Shown here in pieces: positions 1 through 9,656 of a stretch of DNA of 32,000 nt. Position 1 is the stretch's first letter; each line of letters begins with the position of its first letter. The stretch is from contig NZ_AP014945.1 of assembly GCF_001548275.1 (NCBI RefSeq), forward strand, positions 660,001 through 692,000, given 5' to 3'. The position numbers were made by a program, and so were the translations under genes. The stretch is from Caldimicrobium thiodismutans (lineage in GTDB: Bacteria; Desulfobacterota; Thermodesulfobacteria; Thermodesulfobacteriales; Thermodesulfobacteriaceae). The notes beneath the pieces were generated by a model. That model searched no databases and was not told the origin of the DNA. It was given only the letters and a program-made list of their open reading frames with translations.

Positions 1-1226
1 TCCTCTATAAGAGCTTTTTCTGAAGCATCCTTTACCTCTGTTTCTCTATAATCAAAACCTGCGAAATAGAGATCTTTTTGCGTTATCTCTGAATTTTTGC
101 TAAAAATAACTAATCTTTCTATTAAATGCTTCAATTCTCTCACATTGCCAGGCCAATTATATTCAAAAAATATTTTAATCACTTCAGGGCTAAATTTTTT
201 AAGGGGCCTTTGATATTTTTCGCAGTAAAATTTAAGAAAATAATCTGTAAGTAAAGGAATATCCTCTTTTCTTTCTCTAAGGGCAGGTAAATGAAAGTGC
301 ACCACATTTAAACGATAGAAAAGGTCTTCCCTGAAGGATCCTTTTTTGACCTCTTCCTTAAGATTCTTATTAGTTGCTGCAACAATTCTAACTCTTGCCT
401 TAACAAGTTTAAGGCTTCCAACTGGTGAAAATTCTTTTTCTTCCACAACTTTAAGCAATTTGGCCTGAAGGTCAAGGGGAATATTCCCAATTTCATCTAA
501 AAAGAGCATCCCATCTTGAGCAAGCTCAATTTTACCAATTTTAGAGGTATGAGCACCTGTAAAAGCCCCTTTTACATGTCCAAAAAGCTCACTTTCAAAA
601 AGCGTGGGCACAATACAACTGCAGTCCACACATACAAAAGGGCCGGGATAGAGTTTATCAAATTCATGAATTTTTTTGGCTAATAAACCCTTACCTGTGC
701 CAGATTCCCCGGTGATAAGAATAGTTGAATCTGTCTGAGCAATAATTTTGGCTTTATCTAAGATCTCTTTAATAAGTTTATTTTTCCCAATGAAAGGAAC
801 TTTTTCGTCTTTTTCCAAAAGGCTCATCTTTAGATAGATATTTTCTAAGGTAAGCCTCTTTTTCTCTAAGGCCTTTTCTAAAGAGAGTTTGGCTTCATAA
901 ATGGAAAAGGGTTTTTCAAGAAAATCAAAGGCCCCGGTTTTTATCGCATTAACCGCTGTTTCAATATTTCCATAAGCTGAAATAACTATAAACTGGGTAT
1001 CCAGATTGTTTTCCTGAAGCTCTTTAAGAAGTTCCAGACCATGTTCATCAGGAAGCTTAAGATCTAAAAAAACCACATCATATTCGTATTTTGAAAAGAG
1101 CTCTCTTGCGGTCTTCCCATCTGGAGCCAGATCTACTTCATATCCTTCCTTTGTAAAAAATTGAAAGAGACTCTCCCGAATAGAGATCTCATCATCAACT
1201 ATGAGTAGTTTAGCCTTAAAGGACAT
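1..1226 (-). CDS. Sigma-54-dependent response regulator (NtrC family); C-terminus cut by the window edge
   Basis: Absent from the ORF track because it runs off the left edge. My minus-strand translation from the ATG at 1226-1224 gives MSFKAKLLIVDDEISIRESL... (receiver domain). It is followed by AAA+ activator motifs: Walker A GESGTGKG (about 690-720) and ESELFGHVKGAFTGA (about 545-600). The start overlaps the kinase stop by 11 nt. Confidence 0.85.
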   Translation of the reverse strand, partial: MSFKAKLLIVDDEISIRESLFQFFTKEGYEVDLAPDGKTARELFSKYEYDVVFLDLKLPDEHGLELLKELQENNLDTQFIVISAYGNIETAVNAIKTGAFDFLEKPFSIYEAKLSLEKALEKKRLTLENIYLKMSLLEKDEKVPFIGKNKLIKEILDKAKIIAQTDSTILITGESGTGKGLLAKKIHEFDKLYPGPFVCVDCSCIVPTLFESELFGHVKGAFTGAHTSKIGKIELAQDGMLFLDEIGNIPLDLQAKLLKVVEEKEFSPVGSLKLVKARVRIVAATNKNLKEEVKKGSFREDLFYRLNVVHFHLPALRERKEDIPLLTDYFLKFYCEKYQRPLKKFSPEVIKIFFEYNWPGNVRELKHLIERLVIFSKNSEITQKDLYFAGFDYRETEVKDASEKALIE

Positions 1227-2283
1227 CTTCTCTTAAAGCCTCCCTTGTAGCAAGGGGTAAGATAATTTCAAAAATAGCTCCTCCCCTGGGATTATTTTTT
1301 ACCCGAATATTTCCACCATGCCTTTTAATAATGCTATGGCAGATAGAAAGGCCAAGGCCCACTCCCTTTCCCTTCACCTTAGTAGTAAAAAAGGGATCAA
1401 AGATGTAGGGTAAAATATCAGGGGGCACACCCGGTCCAGTATCACTCACCTTTATCTCTATTCTATCATCTCTTGCCTTAGATTCAACTATGATCTCACC
1501 TTTTCCTTTCATAGCCTCACCAGCATTGCTGAAAAGATTTAAAAAGACCTGTTCCATTTGGGTAGGATTGGCATAAAAAGGAGGAATCCCTGGGTCTAAT
1601 TGAAAGGTAAACTTAATCCTTTTGAAGACCTGATAATCCCTGATAAGATCATAAATCCTCAAGATTAGCTCATTTAAATTTACCCATTCCTTTTTACCTC
1701 TTTCTGGCATGCCAAAATCCAGAAGGGCCTTAGCAATAATTCTACATCTTGTAGTAAGGGCTATGACCTTGTCAATAAGCTCTTGTAAGCGCTGATTCTG
1801 AGGAAATTCCTCTTTTATCATATTAGCATAAAGGAGGATGCCCCCAAGGGGATTATTTAGCTCGTGAGAGATTTCACCAGCAAGTTTCCCAAGACTTGCT
1901 AACCTCTCTGTGTGAAACCACTGAGGAAATCTTAGCCAGGCTCTCTCCTCAATAAAGAGGTGAAGGCTCCTTTTCTTACTTAATATAAGATTTAAAAGAT
2001 AAAAAGGAGTAGCCATAAATTGAAAGGACACTAAGCCAACTTCATCAAAAAACGGGCCAAAGAGACTCTCAAGGGTTGTCTTTTTAAGTTGAATTTTTAA
2101 AGTGGGAAAGGTCTTTTGAAAGATTGAGTTATGATACAAAATTTTATGTGCGGGTCCAGTTTTTTGCTTCTCTGCTACTACCAGAGGATAGGGGAAGGCT
2201 TCCCAGTTTTCATCCTGTATTTTGGGCATGGCTTTTTCCAATACCTTTGAAAAAAAGTTTAATCTCTTCCTGCATAAAGGCAC
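1216..2283 (-). CDS. Sensor histidine kinase (HisKA + HATPase_c), no obvious transmembrane segment
   Basis: H-box GEISHELNNPLGG; N/G boxes LFSNAGEAM, DTGPGV, GKGVGLGLS. The ~115-aa N-terminal region has no hydrophobic helices. The maximal ORF starts at a GTG (2283); the ATG at 2229 (MPKIQDEN...) is a likelier start. Operon partner of the downstream NtrC-type regulator. Confidence 0.8.
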   Translation of the reverse strand: MPLCRKRLNFFSKVLEKAMPKIQDENWEAFPYPLVVAEKQKTGPAHKILYHNSIFQKTFPTLKIQLKKTTLESLFGPFFDEVGLVSFQFMATPFYLLNLILSKKRSLHLFIEERAWLRFPQWFHTERLASLGKLAGEISHELNNPLGGILLYANMIKEEFPQNQRLQELIDKVIALTTRCRIIAKALLDFGMPERGKKEWVNLNELILRIYDLIRDYQVFKRIKFTFQLDPGIPPFYANPTQMEQVFLNLFSNAGEAMKGKGEIIVESKARDDRIEIKVSDTGPGVPPDILPYIFDPFFTTKVKGKGVGLGLSICHSIIKRHGGNIRVKNNPRGGAIFEIILPLATREALREDVL

Positions 2284-3634
2284 TGGACATAAAAACTACT
2301 AAACTTTTCTGCGTTAAATCAAAAAACTCAGGGGGTATAAGGCCTTTTTCAAGAATGAAGGCCCTTTTCCCAAGGTCTTCAAGGTCATTTCTCAATTGCT
2401 CAAGGTCAATTCTATCTTGAAAGGGAATTCTCTCAAGCCCGGGGGGAACTTTAATCCCAATTAAATCCGCCTCGTTTAAAGCCTCTACATAATCCCTTTG
2501 AAAGACCTTTCTTTTACTTGAATTAGTGCGGGGTTCAAAGAAAAGAATTGTCTTTTCTGGTTGAAAGGCTTTTTTTAGCTCTTTAAGGGTAAGAGCAAGG
2601 GCGGTTGGATGATGCGCAAAGTCATCAATCACTAAGAGGGTTTCCGAAGCAAATAGAATCTCCTGACGCCTCTGAACTCCCTTAAAATCCTTTATAGCCT
2701 CAAGGATATCTTTTCTATGAAATCCTAAGGTCTCAAGAAGGGCTATCGTGGATAAGGCATTTAAAAGATTGTAATCTCCAGGAATTGAAAGGTCAATTTC
2801 AAAGACCTCCCCATCTTTAGCCTTTGCTAACCCCTTACTTCTAAAGCCTCCCCCTCCAAGGGAAACTTCTGAGCCTACGAGCTTAAAATCAGCTTTCCCT
2901 TTCCCGTAGGTAATAATTTTGCAGAGAGGTTGGGATGCCTCTACTATCTCCACAAGATTAGGGTCATCTTGATTGAAAACCAAAATACCTTCCATAGGCA
3001 AAAGCTTGAGTAATTTTTTAAAAGCCTCTTTTAGAGCATTAATATCGGGATACACATCCGCATGGTCATATTCAAGGCTTGTGAGTATTAACCCAAAAGG
3101 CTTGTAATGGAGAAATTTTGGATTTTTGTTAAAGAAGGCTGAGGGATATTCATCTCCCTCAAGAAGCATAAATTCTCCCTTTCCGTAAGCAAAGTTCTTC
3201 CCTGTATCCTTTAATATACCCCCCACAAGAAAGGTAGGCGATTTTTCAAGTTTTAATAAAGTAAAACTCAAAAGGGCAGAGGTTGTAGTTTTACCATGTG
3301 TTCCAGCGATAACAAGGGCTTTCTTCCTATCAAGAATGAAGTTTTCTATGAATTCTGGGAAAGAAAGAAGGGGGATCCTAAGGGCCTTGGCTTTTGCAAC
3401 CTCAATATGTGACGAGGAAATAGCATTTCCAACTACAACAAGATCTGGCTTAAATTTAAGAAGGTTCTCCTCAGAGGGCTTGAAGACCTCTATTCCCAGC
3501 TCTTTAAGTAAAAAAGAGCTGGGTGGATAAAGGGGATTTTCCTCTGATCCACAAACCTCAAATCCAAGCCCTCTGCATAAGCCTGCAACCCCTGACATCC
3601 CGATGCCACCAATTCCAATAAAATATACCCTCAT
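2210..3634 (-). CDS. mpl: Mur ligase family protein, most like UDP-N-acetylmuramate:L-Ala-D-Glu-meso-DAP ligase (Mpl); MurC not excluded
   Basis: N-terminus MRVYFIGIGGIGMSGVAGL...GSEENPLYPPSS (the YPP motif is typical of Mpl). P-loop GTHGKTTT and the DDFAHHP motif are present; 474 aa. Confidence 0.6.
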   Translation of the reverse strand: MRVYFIGIGGIGMSGVAGLCRGLGFEVCGSEENPLYPPSSFLLKELGIEVFKPSEENLLKFKPDLVVVGNAISSSHIEVAKAKALRIPLLSFPEFIENFILDRKKALVIAGTHGKTTTSALLSFTLLKLEKSPTFLVGGILKDTGKNFAYGKGEFMLLEGDEYPSAFFNKNPKFLHYKPFGLILTSLEYDHADVYPDINALKEAFKKLLKLLPMEGILVFNQDDPNLVEIVEASQPLCKIITYGKGKADFKLVGSEVSLGGGGFRSKGLAKAKDGEVFEIDLSIPGDYNLLNALSTIALLETLGFHRKDILEAIKDFKGVQRRQEILFASETLLVIDDFAHHPTALALTLKELKKAFQPEKTILFFEPRTNSSKRKVFQRDYVEALNEADLIGIKVPPGLERIPFQDRIDLEQLRNDLEDLGKRAFILEKGLIPPEFFDLTQKSLVVFMSSAFMQEEIKLFFKGIGKSHAQNTG

Positions 3635-4782
3635 CTCAACCTCTCAAGATTATTCCAGAGGAATTTTACCACCTGATTATGCAAAAGACTACCTTTATCC
3701 GTCAGCCTGAATCTCTCAGGCTCTCTATCTATAAGATCCCTTTTGTAAAGATAGATTAAGGCATCTTCATTTATTTTGTAGTTTAGCTCCTCAAGTTTAG
3801 AAAATTCAATCCCCTTAGTTAATCTCAGCCCCATAAAAAGATATTCCTTAGCAAGTTCTTTAAAATCAAGGGTTTCAAGAATCTCCTGGGGAAGAGCTCT
3901 TTCCTCTAATAGGCTTTTATAATAAGTTTTTAAATCTTCTGTATTTTTAAATCTTAGATTTCCAATTCTTGAGACTGCACCTGCCCCAATTCCAAGATAG
4001 GGTTGAACCTCCCAATAAAGAAGATTGTGTCTGCATTCAAAGGAGGGTTTGGTAAAGTTAGATAGCTCATATTGCATAAATCCTGCAGTAGAAAGGGTAT
4101 CCTTTATGAGTTTTTTCAGGTCTATGAGCTTTTTTTCTCTTAAAAAGGCAGGCTTTCTCCCATAGAGTTTATAAAAGGGGGTTTCAGGATAAATGGTTAA
4201 TTCATAAAAGGAAAGATGCGTTATTTCAAAGGCTAAAGCAAGGTCTAAATCTTTTTTAAGGGTTGAGCTTCCCTGGCCCTTCCAGCCATAGATAAAATCA
4301 AGGGAGATATTTTTAAATCCCCCTTTAAGACCTGCTTCTATAGCAGATAAGGCGTCTTTCTTAGAGTGTCTTCTTCCTAAGAAAAAAAGACCCTTTGGTT
4401 GAAAGGTCTGAATTCCAAGGCTTAAGCGATTGAAACCTATTTCTCTATAGGCCCTTGCCCTTTCATAGGTGAAGCCCTCGGGATTAGCCTCTAAGGTTAA
4501 TTCTAAAGGCTTAAAGGGAAAATACCTTTCCAAAATCATAAAAAATCTCTCAAAAAAGGAGGGTGAAAAAAGACTTGGGCTACCCCCTCCTGCATAAAAG
4601 GTAAGGATTTCTCTTTTGCTTCCTGTCAGGTTTCTTATTAAATATTCAGCCTTAAGGTTTATCTCAACCTCTAAGGCCTTAAGATAGAGTTCTTCATCAG
4701 GGCGTTTTGGAATAGAAAAAAAATCACAATAAGGGCATTTGCTTAAGCAAAAAGGCAGATGTAAGTAAAGCCCGCTTACCAT
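3631..4782 (-). CDS. hemW: Radical SAM HemN-like protein, heme chaperone HemW type
   Basis: CLSKCPYCDF radical-SAM cluster motif at the N-terminus and an RHNLLYWE motif; length 383 aa; 4-nt overlap with mpl. Confidence 0.75.
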   Translation of the reverse strand: MVSGLYLHLPFCLSKCPYCDFFSIPKRPDEELYLKALEVEINLKAEYLIRNLTGSKREILTFYAGGGSPSLFSPSFFERFFMILERYFPFKPLELTLEANPEGFTYERARAYREIGFNRLSLGIQTFQPKGLFFLGRRHSKKDALSAIEAGLKGGFKNISLDFIYGWKGQGSSTLKKDLDLALAFEITHLSFYELTIYPETPFYKLYGRKPAFLREKKLIDLKKLIKDTLSTAGFMQYELSNFTKPSFECRHNLLYWEVQPYLGIGAGAVSRIGNLRFKNTEDLKTYYKSLLEERALPQEILETLDFKELAKEYLFMGLRLTKGIEFSKLEELNYKINEDALIYLYKRDLIDREPERFRLTDKGSLLHNQVVKFLWNNLERLR

Positions 4783-4822
4783 TTGACTTTAAAAATAATT
4801 GTTTTTTAGTAAAATAAAAGAG

Positions 4823-5923
4823 ATGCCCATTCTCTATCGCTATTTTCTCAAAGAATATATCCAGACTACCGGTCTTTTCTTAGGAGTTTTTCTCTTTCTT
4901 TTTACCCTCATTATGGGGACTCTGAATCTTAAAGAAATCATAGACTTAAATCCCTCAATTTTACATATTTTGAAAGTTTATGTATATACTCCTCTTCAAA
5001 TCTTTGCCTTTCTCCTTCCTCTCTCAGGCTTTCTGGCTCTTCTTTTTTCCTTTCAAAGGATGAAGGAAGAGGGAGAAATCCTTGCCCTCTTTTCCCTTGG
5101 TTTTACTCTTAAAGATTTTTTTAAGCCCTTTTTGATTTTTAGTTTAATATTATTTATATTTACTACATTTGGTCAGAGTTATCTTGTTCCTAAAGTCAAA
5201 AGACTTCAAAAAATAGATCAGATGAACCTGATTAAAAACCTTTCTGAAAAGGAGATTCCTTCAAAGAGCCCAATTCCTCTCACAGAGGGTTTATATCTCT
5301 ATGTAGCCTCTGCGGAAAAGGAGGGAAATCTAAATCACTTAAAAAGAGTGGTTTTATTGGAAAAAAAAGGGGACTCTCGTAGAGGTCTTTATTTAGCTAA
5401 AACAGCCATTCTTGACCTTAAAGCTGGAAATTTTGCCCTTGAAAAGGGCTATGTTTTTTATCTTGAGAACTTAAAAAACACAGAAATCCTGCTCTTTAAC
5501 AAATATTTTTTTAGTATTCCACCTTCTACCTTGAAAAAGGAGGACTTATATATTAAGAGAGGTGAGATGAGTTTATCTGAGCTTAAAGCAGAAATGTCTA
5601 AAATGAAGCCCTCGGAAGGGAGATATTTTCGCTATCTTTCTGAGTATTATCAGAGATTTTTTTATGGCTTTTCCATCTTTTCCCTTTTTTTACAGGGGTT
5701 TCTCCTCGGAATTTTTTTAAAGACTCAGGGGAGACTGCTTCTTTTTTTAATGGGATTAACCTTTTATCTGTTTTATTATTTTCTTTACAATTTTTTTATC
5801 TCCCTTGGAGAATCAGGGAAGCTCCTTCCCCTTTATTCTCACCTTATTTTTAATCTAAGTTTTTATATTTTATTGCTTGTGGAATATGTAGTATTCAAAA
5901 GAAAGGGGGGCTATCTTTTGTGA
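4823..5923 (+). CDS. lptF: LptF/LptG-family (YjgP/YjgQ) LPS export permease
   Basis: N-terminus MPILYRYFLKEY is typical of the family. Multiple TM helices flank a ~150-aa soluble loop. The track ORF starts at TTG 4799; I prefer the ATG at 4823. Confidence 0.65.
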   Translation: MPILYRYFLKEYIQTTGLFLGVFLFLFTLIMGTLNLKEIIDLNPSILHILKVYVYTPLQIFAFLLPLSGFLALLFSFQRMKEEGEILALFSLGFTLKDFFKPFLIFSLILFIFTTFGQSYLVPKVKRLQKIDQMNLIKNLSEKEIPSKSPIPLTEGLYLYVASAEKEGNLNHLKRVVLLEKKGDSRRGLYLAKTAILDLKAGNFALEKGYVFYLENLKNTEILLFNKYFFSIPPSTLKKEDLYIKRGEMSLSELKAEMSKMKPSEGRYFRYLSEYYQRFFYGFSIFSLFLQGFLLGIFLKTQGRLLLFLMGLTFYLFYYFLYNFFISLGESGKLLPLYSHLIFNLSFYILLLVEYVVFKRKGGYLL

Positions 5924-6918
5924 GTCTCCTTACTCGCTTTCTTTTCCAAAACTTTTTTAAGGTCTTTCTTCTTGTCCTCTGTATCTTTCTTTCTCTTTAT
6001 ACAGTTATGGACTTTTTTGAGAAACTTTCAGCCTTTTTAGGTTCTAAAAGGCCACTTATCTATTTTTTAGAGTATCTCTTCTGGAAGTCTCAGGTCAATC
6101 TCTATCAGATTTTTCCCTATATCTTAAGCCTTACACTGATTTTGACTCTTCTTTTTCTATCAAGAACGCATGAGCTTCTTGCCCTTTTAAGCTTAGGTAT
6201 TGCAAGAGGGGAGATTTTTAAAAGATTTCTTTTTCTTCTTTTTTTATGTTCCCTTGTAGGAGGAGTTATTTTAAATTTTCTTGTTCCTAAGGCCTATTAT
6301 AATACCCTTTACACCTGGGAGACAAAAATTCAAAGTCAAAAAGCCCATCATCTTATTTTTAAGGATACCCTTTTTTTTGAGGGAGAGGGCTTTCTCCTTA
6401 TAGCCAGACCCCTTGAACCTAAGGGAGAGTATCTTTCCGAAGTAGCCCTTCTTTTTTTTAATAAGGCTGAAGAGCCAGAAAGACTTATTTGGGCAAAGAC
6501 AGCCCTTTATCTTGGAGAGGGAGTTTGGAGGCTTGAGGAGGCCCTTTTTCAGGAGGCCAGAACCCATTTTAGGCCTAAAATTTTAAAAAACTGGGAAGGA
6601 TCCCTACCTCTCAAACCCAGAATCTTTGTAACTATTGAAAAACCGGTTAAATTTGCTTCCTTTAAAGAGTTAAAACAAAGGTTAAATTTTTTACAAAAGG
6701 TAGGCAGAAGAGCTACAGAGGTCTGGGTTGAAATTTTTAATCGCCTTTTATATCTTCTTTTGCCTCTCTTTATAGGTGGCCTTTCAGCTAAACTATATTT
6801 AAAAGGCTATACACCTCATCACTATACCTTTGCCCTTTTAAAGTCTCTTTTGGCCTTTTTTATCCTTTCAGCCCTTTTTGTTTCCTTTCAGACCCTCCTT
6901 ACAAGGCTCTTACATTAA
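5920..6918 (+). CDS. lptG: LptF/LptG-family LPS export permease (second subunit)
   Basis: Same architecture as the preceding gene (TM bundle, periplasmic loop, C-terminal TM helices). GTGA start/stop overlap with lptF. Confidence 0.65.
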   Translation: MSLLTRFLFQNFFKVFLLVLCIFLSLYTVMDFFEKLSAFLGSKRPLIYFLEYLFWKSQVNLYQIFPYILSLTLILTLLFLSRTHELLALLSLGIARGEIFKRFLFLLFLCSLVGGVILNFLVPKAYYNTLYTWETKIQSQKAHHLIFKDTLFFEGEGFLLIARPLEPKGEYLSEVALLFFNKAEEPERLIWAKTALYLGEGVWRLEEALFQEARTHFRPKILKNWEGSLPLKPRIFVTIEKPVKFASFKELKQRLNFLQKVGRRATEVWVEIFNRLLYLLLPLFIGGLSAKLYLKGYTPHHYTFALLKSLLAFFILSALFVSFQTLLTRLLH

Positions 6919-6942
6919 ACTTTTTTTTTCTCTTTCCGATAA
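6916..6942 (+). promoter_or_regulatory. Sigma-28 (FliA) type promoter for flagellin
   Basis: TAAA (6916-6919), a 15-nt spacer, then tCCGATAA (6935-6942). The consensus is TAAA-N15-GCCGATAA. It lies about 45 nt upstream of the flagellin ATG, which has an AAGGAGG Shine-Dalgarno. Confidence 0.6.
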
Positions 6943-6987
6943 ATAATACCAAAAGAAGAAAACAAAACCCTTTAAGGAGGTGCAGCC

Positions 6988-8535
6988 ATGGCAGTAAAAA
7001 TTAATTTCAACGAAGCAGCTGCTCAAACCCACACTGCGCTCATTAGTAATGAGCGTGCTATGGGTAAGAGCCTTTTAAGGCTCTCAACTGGTGTAAGGAT
7101 TCTTAATGCTGCAGATGACTCTGCAGGTCTTTTCATTGCAGACATGCTTGGAACAGTTGCTAAGGCTTATGAACAGGGCAATCGTAACATCCAGACAGGA
7201 ATCTCTGCTCTTCAGATTGCTGAGGCTTCAGCTGGAAAAATCTACGATAAACTTCAGGATATCTATGTAAGAGCTCAGAATGCAGCAAATGACATCAATG
7301 ACCCTAATGCTCGCCAGGCTTTGCAAAGGGAGATTAATAATTTTGTGGATGCCATCCAGAAGATTGGAACGGATACTGAGTATAATGGAATTAAGCTTCT
7401 TGATGGGACTTTTACTGGGAAATATATTCATTATGGGCCCAGAGCTGATCAGGTGGTAAATCTTTCTGTATCTGACCTTAGAGCTACTGAGTTAGGTGCC
7501 TATATTGTTCAAGGAGCAGCTTTAAATAACGAAAGAGCCTATAGTAGTGGAACTGATGCTTATTCTGCTTTAGTATCTAATACTGATCTTCAGTTTGCAA
7601 CTTCTGAAACTGTAACCATAGGGACCGTATCTCTTACTGGTTCAAATTTAGTTACAGATGCAAAATATTTTGCTGACTGGATTAATAATAATCCTAATCT
7701 TCAAGCAGCAGGTGTCTCTGCGATGGCCTCAAATAGAAGTGTAGCATCTTCATGGACCGATATTACAGTAGCATCTGGTAATACAGTTACTATTAATTTT
7801 TATTCCGGAACTGGGACCACTTCTGTAGCTTCATATACTGCTAATGCAGGGCAAACTATTACCCTTGATGAACTTATTACTGCTATTAATTCTCAAGCTG
7901 CAGCAAATGGTTCTTCTTTAAAAGCTGTTAATGAAGGAGGGAAACTTGTTCTTCAGACCAATGGAGAAACCATTGGTGTTCAAGTAAGTATAAATCAATC
8001 TGGTACCAACTCACAAACTATTGCATTAGGTCAATTTCTTGAAGGTGCTACAGCTTCTGTGACTAGTTCTTCTGGTACTACTGTAAATGGATCTGCAATT
8101 TTAGTTGGAAGATTGACTATAGCTGGAGTAAATCAATTTACTTATAATTTTGATGCTGTAAGTGGTAATACCGCACCAAAAGGTTTAGCTCTTTCAGCCG
8201 CTACTGGCACTGCTGGCAAGAAAAATCTTTATCAAATTGATGTAACTACTAATGCAGGTGCAGAGGAAGGTATAATGGTTGTAACCAAGGCCCTGCAGAA
8301 GACTGATACGGTCAGGGCTCAAATTGGTGCCACCATGAATAACCTTCAGTCTATCTTTGATTCTCAAAAGACTGCCTATGACAACACCAAAGAGGCTGAA
8401 TCCGTGATCAGAAATACCGACTACGCTAAGGAGATGGCAGAATTTACTACCTACCAGATCCGTATGCAGGCAACCGTTGCCATGCTTGGGCAGGCAAATA
8501 CCCTTCCTCAGCTTGTCCTTCAGCTCCTGAGATAA
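6988..8535 (+). CDS. fliC: Flagellin
   Basis: Conserved flagellin N-terminus (LSTGVRILNAADDSAGLFIADML...NIQTGISALQIAE) and C-terminus (TDYAKEMAEFTTYQIRMQATVAMLGQANTLPQLVLQLLR). The long central domain is rich in Ser/Thr/Asn/Gly. Confidence 0.92.
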   Translation: MAVKINFNEAAAQTHTALISNERAMGKSLLRLSTGVRILNAADDSAGLFIADMLGTVAKAYEQGNRNIQTGISALQIAEASAGKIYDKLQDIYVRAQNAANDINDPNARQALQREINNFVDAIQKIGTDTEYNGIKLLDGTFTGKYIHYGPRADQVVNLSVSDLRATELGAYIVQGAALNNERAYSSGTDAYSALVSNTDLQFATSETVTIGTVSLTGSNLVTDAKYFADWINNNPNLQAAGVSAMASNRSVASSWTDITVASGNTVTINFYSGTGTTSVASYTANAGQTITLDELITAINSQAAANGSSLKAVNEGGKLVLQTNGETIGVQVSINQSGTNSQTIALGQFLEGATASVTSSSGTTVNGSAILVGRLTIAGVNQFTYNFDAVSGNTAPKGLALSAATGTAGKKNLYQIDVTTNAGAEEGIMVVTKALQKTDTVRAQIGATMNNLQSIFDSQKTAYDNTKEAESVIRNTDYAKEMAEFTTYQIRMQATVAMLGQANTLPQLVLQLLR

Positions 8536-8550
8536 TAAAATAACCTTAAA

Positions 8551-8580
8551 AGGGAGGGGCCAACCCCCTCCCTTTTTTTA
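8551..8580 (+). terminator. Rho-independent terminator of the flagellin gene
   Basis: GGGAGGGG (8552-8559) pairs perfectly with CCCCTCCC (8565-8572). The loop is 5 nt and a 7-nt T-run follows. Confidence 0.85.
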
Positions 8581-8748
8581 TTTAAAATTTTTTCCAGTCT
8601 GCATAGGTTCAAATTTACATCTCACCTGCCTGTTTGTTTTTTAAAAATGTATAAGTTCACATCCTAACAAGAAAAAGGCATACACTGACCTTGTTATTTT
8701 TAGGAATATAATTAAAATTAAAAAAGAACCCTTTATTTATCCTTCCCT

Positions 8749-9228
8749 GTGGGACAGGAGGGCATGGCTCAGAGAGGCAAGAAGATCTGTAGTGCTCCTT
8801 TTAATATGAAAAATTATAAAAGAAAATTTAGAAAAATTTTAACAAACTTAAAGAAGCTTTCTTTAGATTATTATAAGCATAATCTTGTTGCCCTGGTAGT
8901 ATTTGGATCAGTTGCTAAAGATAGATTTTCTCCTGCTTCAGATATAGATTTATTAATTATTCTTGAAAATAGAGAAGGAAATTATGAGGAGTTTATTAAA
9001 TATTTTGATAATATTGAAAGTAAATTAGCTAAAGAGGGTTTTTTACCAGAAATTAATCCTATTTTCAAAGGAAAAGATGAGCTAAAACCAGAGCTTATTT
9101 ATCTCTGGGATACAGATTTTATGATTCTCTATGAAAAGGGGGGCTTTTTTAGCAAATTTTTAGAAAATCTTCAAAAATTTAAAAAAGAAAGATTAAGCTA
9201 TGGTAAAAATTTTATAGAAATTTTATAA
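8749..9228 (+). CDS. Minimal nucleotidyltransferase (MNT), Pol-beta superfamily; candidate antitoxin of an MNT-HEPN pair
   Basis: GSVAKDRFSPASDIDLLII matches the GS-x9-SDxD NTase signature. The start is ambiguous (GTG 8749, ATG 8764 or ATG 8806). A HEPN gene follows 13 nt downstream. Confidence 0.75.
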   Translation: MGQEGMAQRGKKICSAPFNMKNYKRKFRKILTNLKKLSLDYYKHNLVALVVFGSVAKDRFSPASDIDLLIILENREGNYEEFIKYFDNIESKLAKEGFLPEINPIFKGKDELKPELIYLWDTDFMILYEKGGFFSKFLENLQKFKKERLSYGKNFIEIL

Positions 9229-9241
9229 AAGACTTAATAAG

Positions 9242-9640
9242 ATGAAAGAACTGCTTGCTGCAGATTACATTAGACGAGCAAAAATTAGAGTTAAAATTAT
9301 AAAAGAATTTTTTAAAGAAAGAGATTATGCAGATGTAATAAGAGTTTCACAGGAGATAGTTGAACTTGTTGAAAAGGCTATACTTTTGAAAATGGGAATA
9401 GTGCCTCCTAAATGGCACGATGTAATAGATGTAATTCTGGAAACTAAAGAAAAACTACCAGAAGAAATAGGCAAGAAAATCTCTAAATTGAGAAGAGGGG
9501 CTAAATGGCTAAGAAGTCAGCGTGAAATAGCCTTTTATGGTGATGAGGATTTTCTTCCCCTTAAAGAATATACTTTAAAAGATGCTAAAAAAGCTTATGA
9601 GATAGCTAAAAAATTTTTAGAAATAGCTGAAAAAATTTAA
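9242..9640 (+). CDS. HEPN domain protein (candidate toxin partner of the MNT)
   Basis: 132-aa all-helical protein with KAILLKMGIVPPKWHDVIDV and a later LRSQREIAFYGDE segment. This layout is typical of HEPN proteins encoded next to MNTs. Confidence 0.7.
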   Translation: MKELLAADYIRRAKIRVKIIKEFFKERDYADVIRVSQEIVELVEKAILLKMGIVPPKWHDVIDVILETKEKLPEEIGKKISKLRRGAKWLRSQREIAFYGDEDFLPLKEYTLKDAKKAYEIAKKFLEIAEKI

Positions 9641-9656
9641 AAGGAGGTAGAAAAAC

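Noticed and set aside
4783-4815. Possible lptF promoter (TTGACT at 4783-4788) in the 40-bp divergent gap with hemW.
   Set aside because: No acceptable -10 lies at 16-18 nt spacing; TAAAAT would need a 21-nt spacer. The element would sit almost on the start codon.
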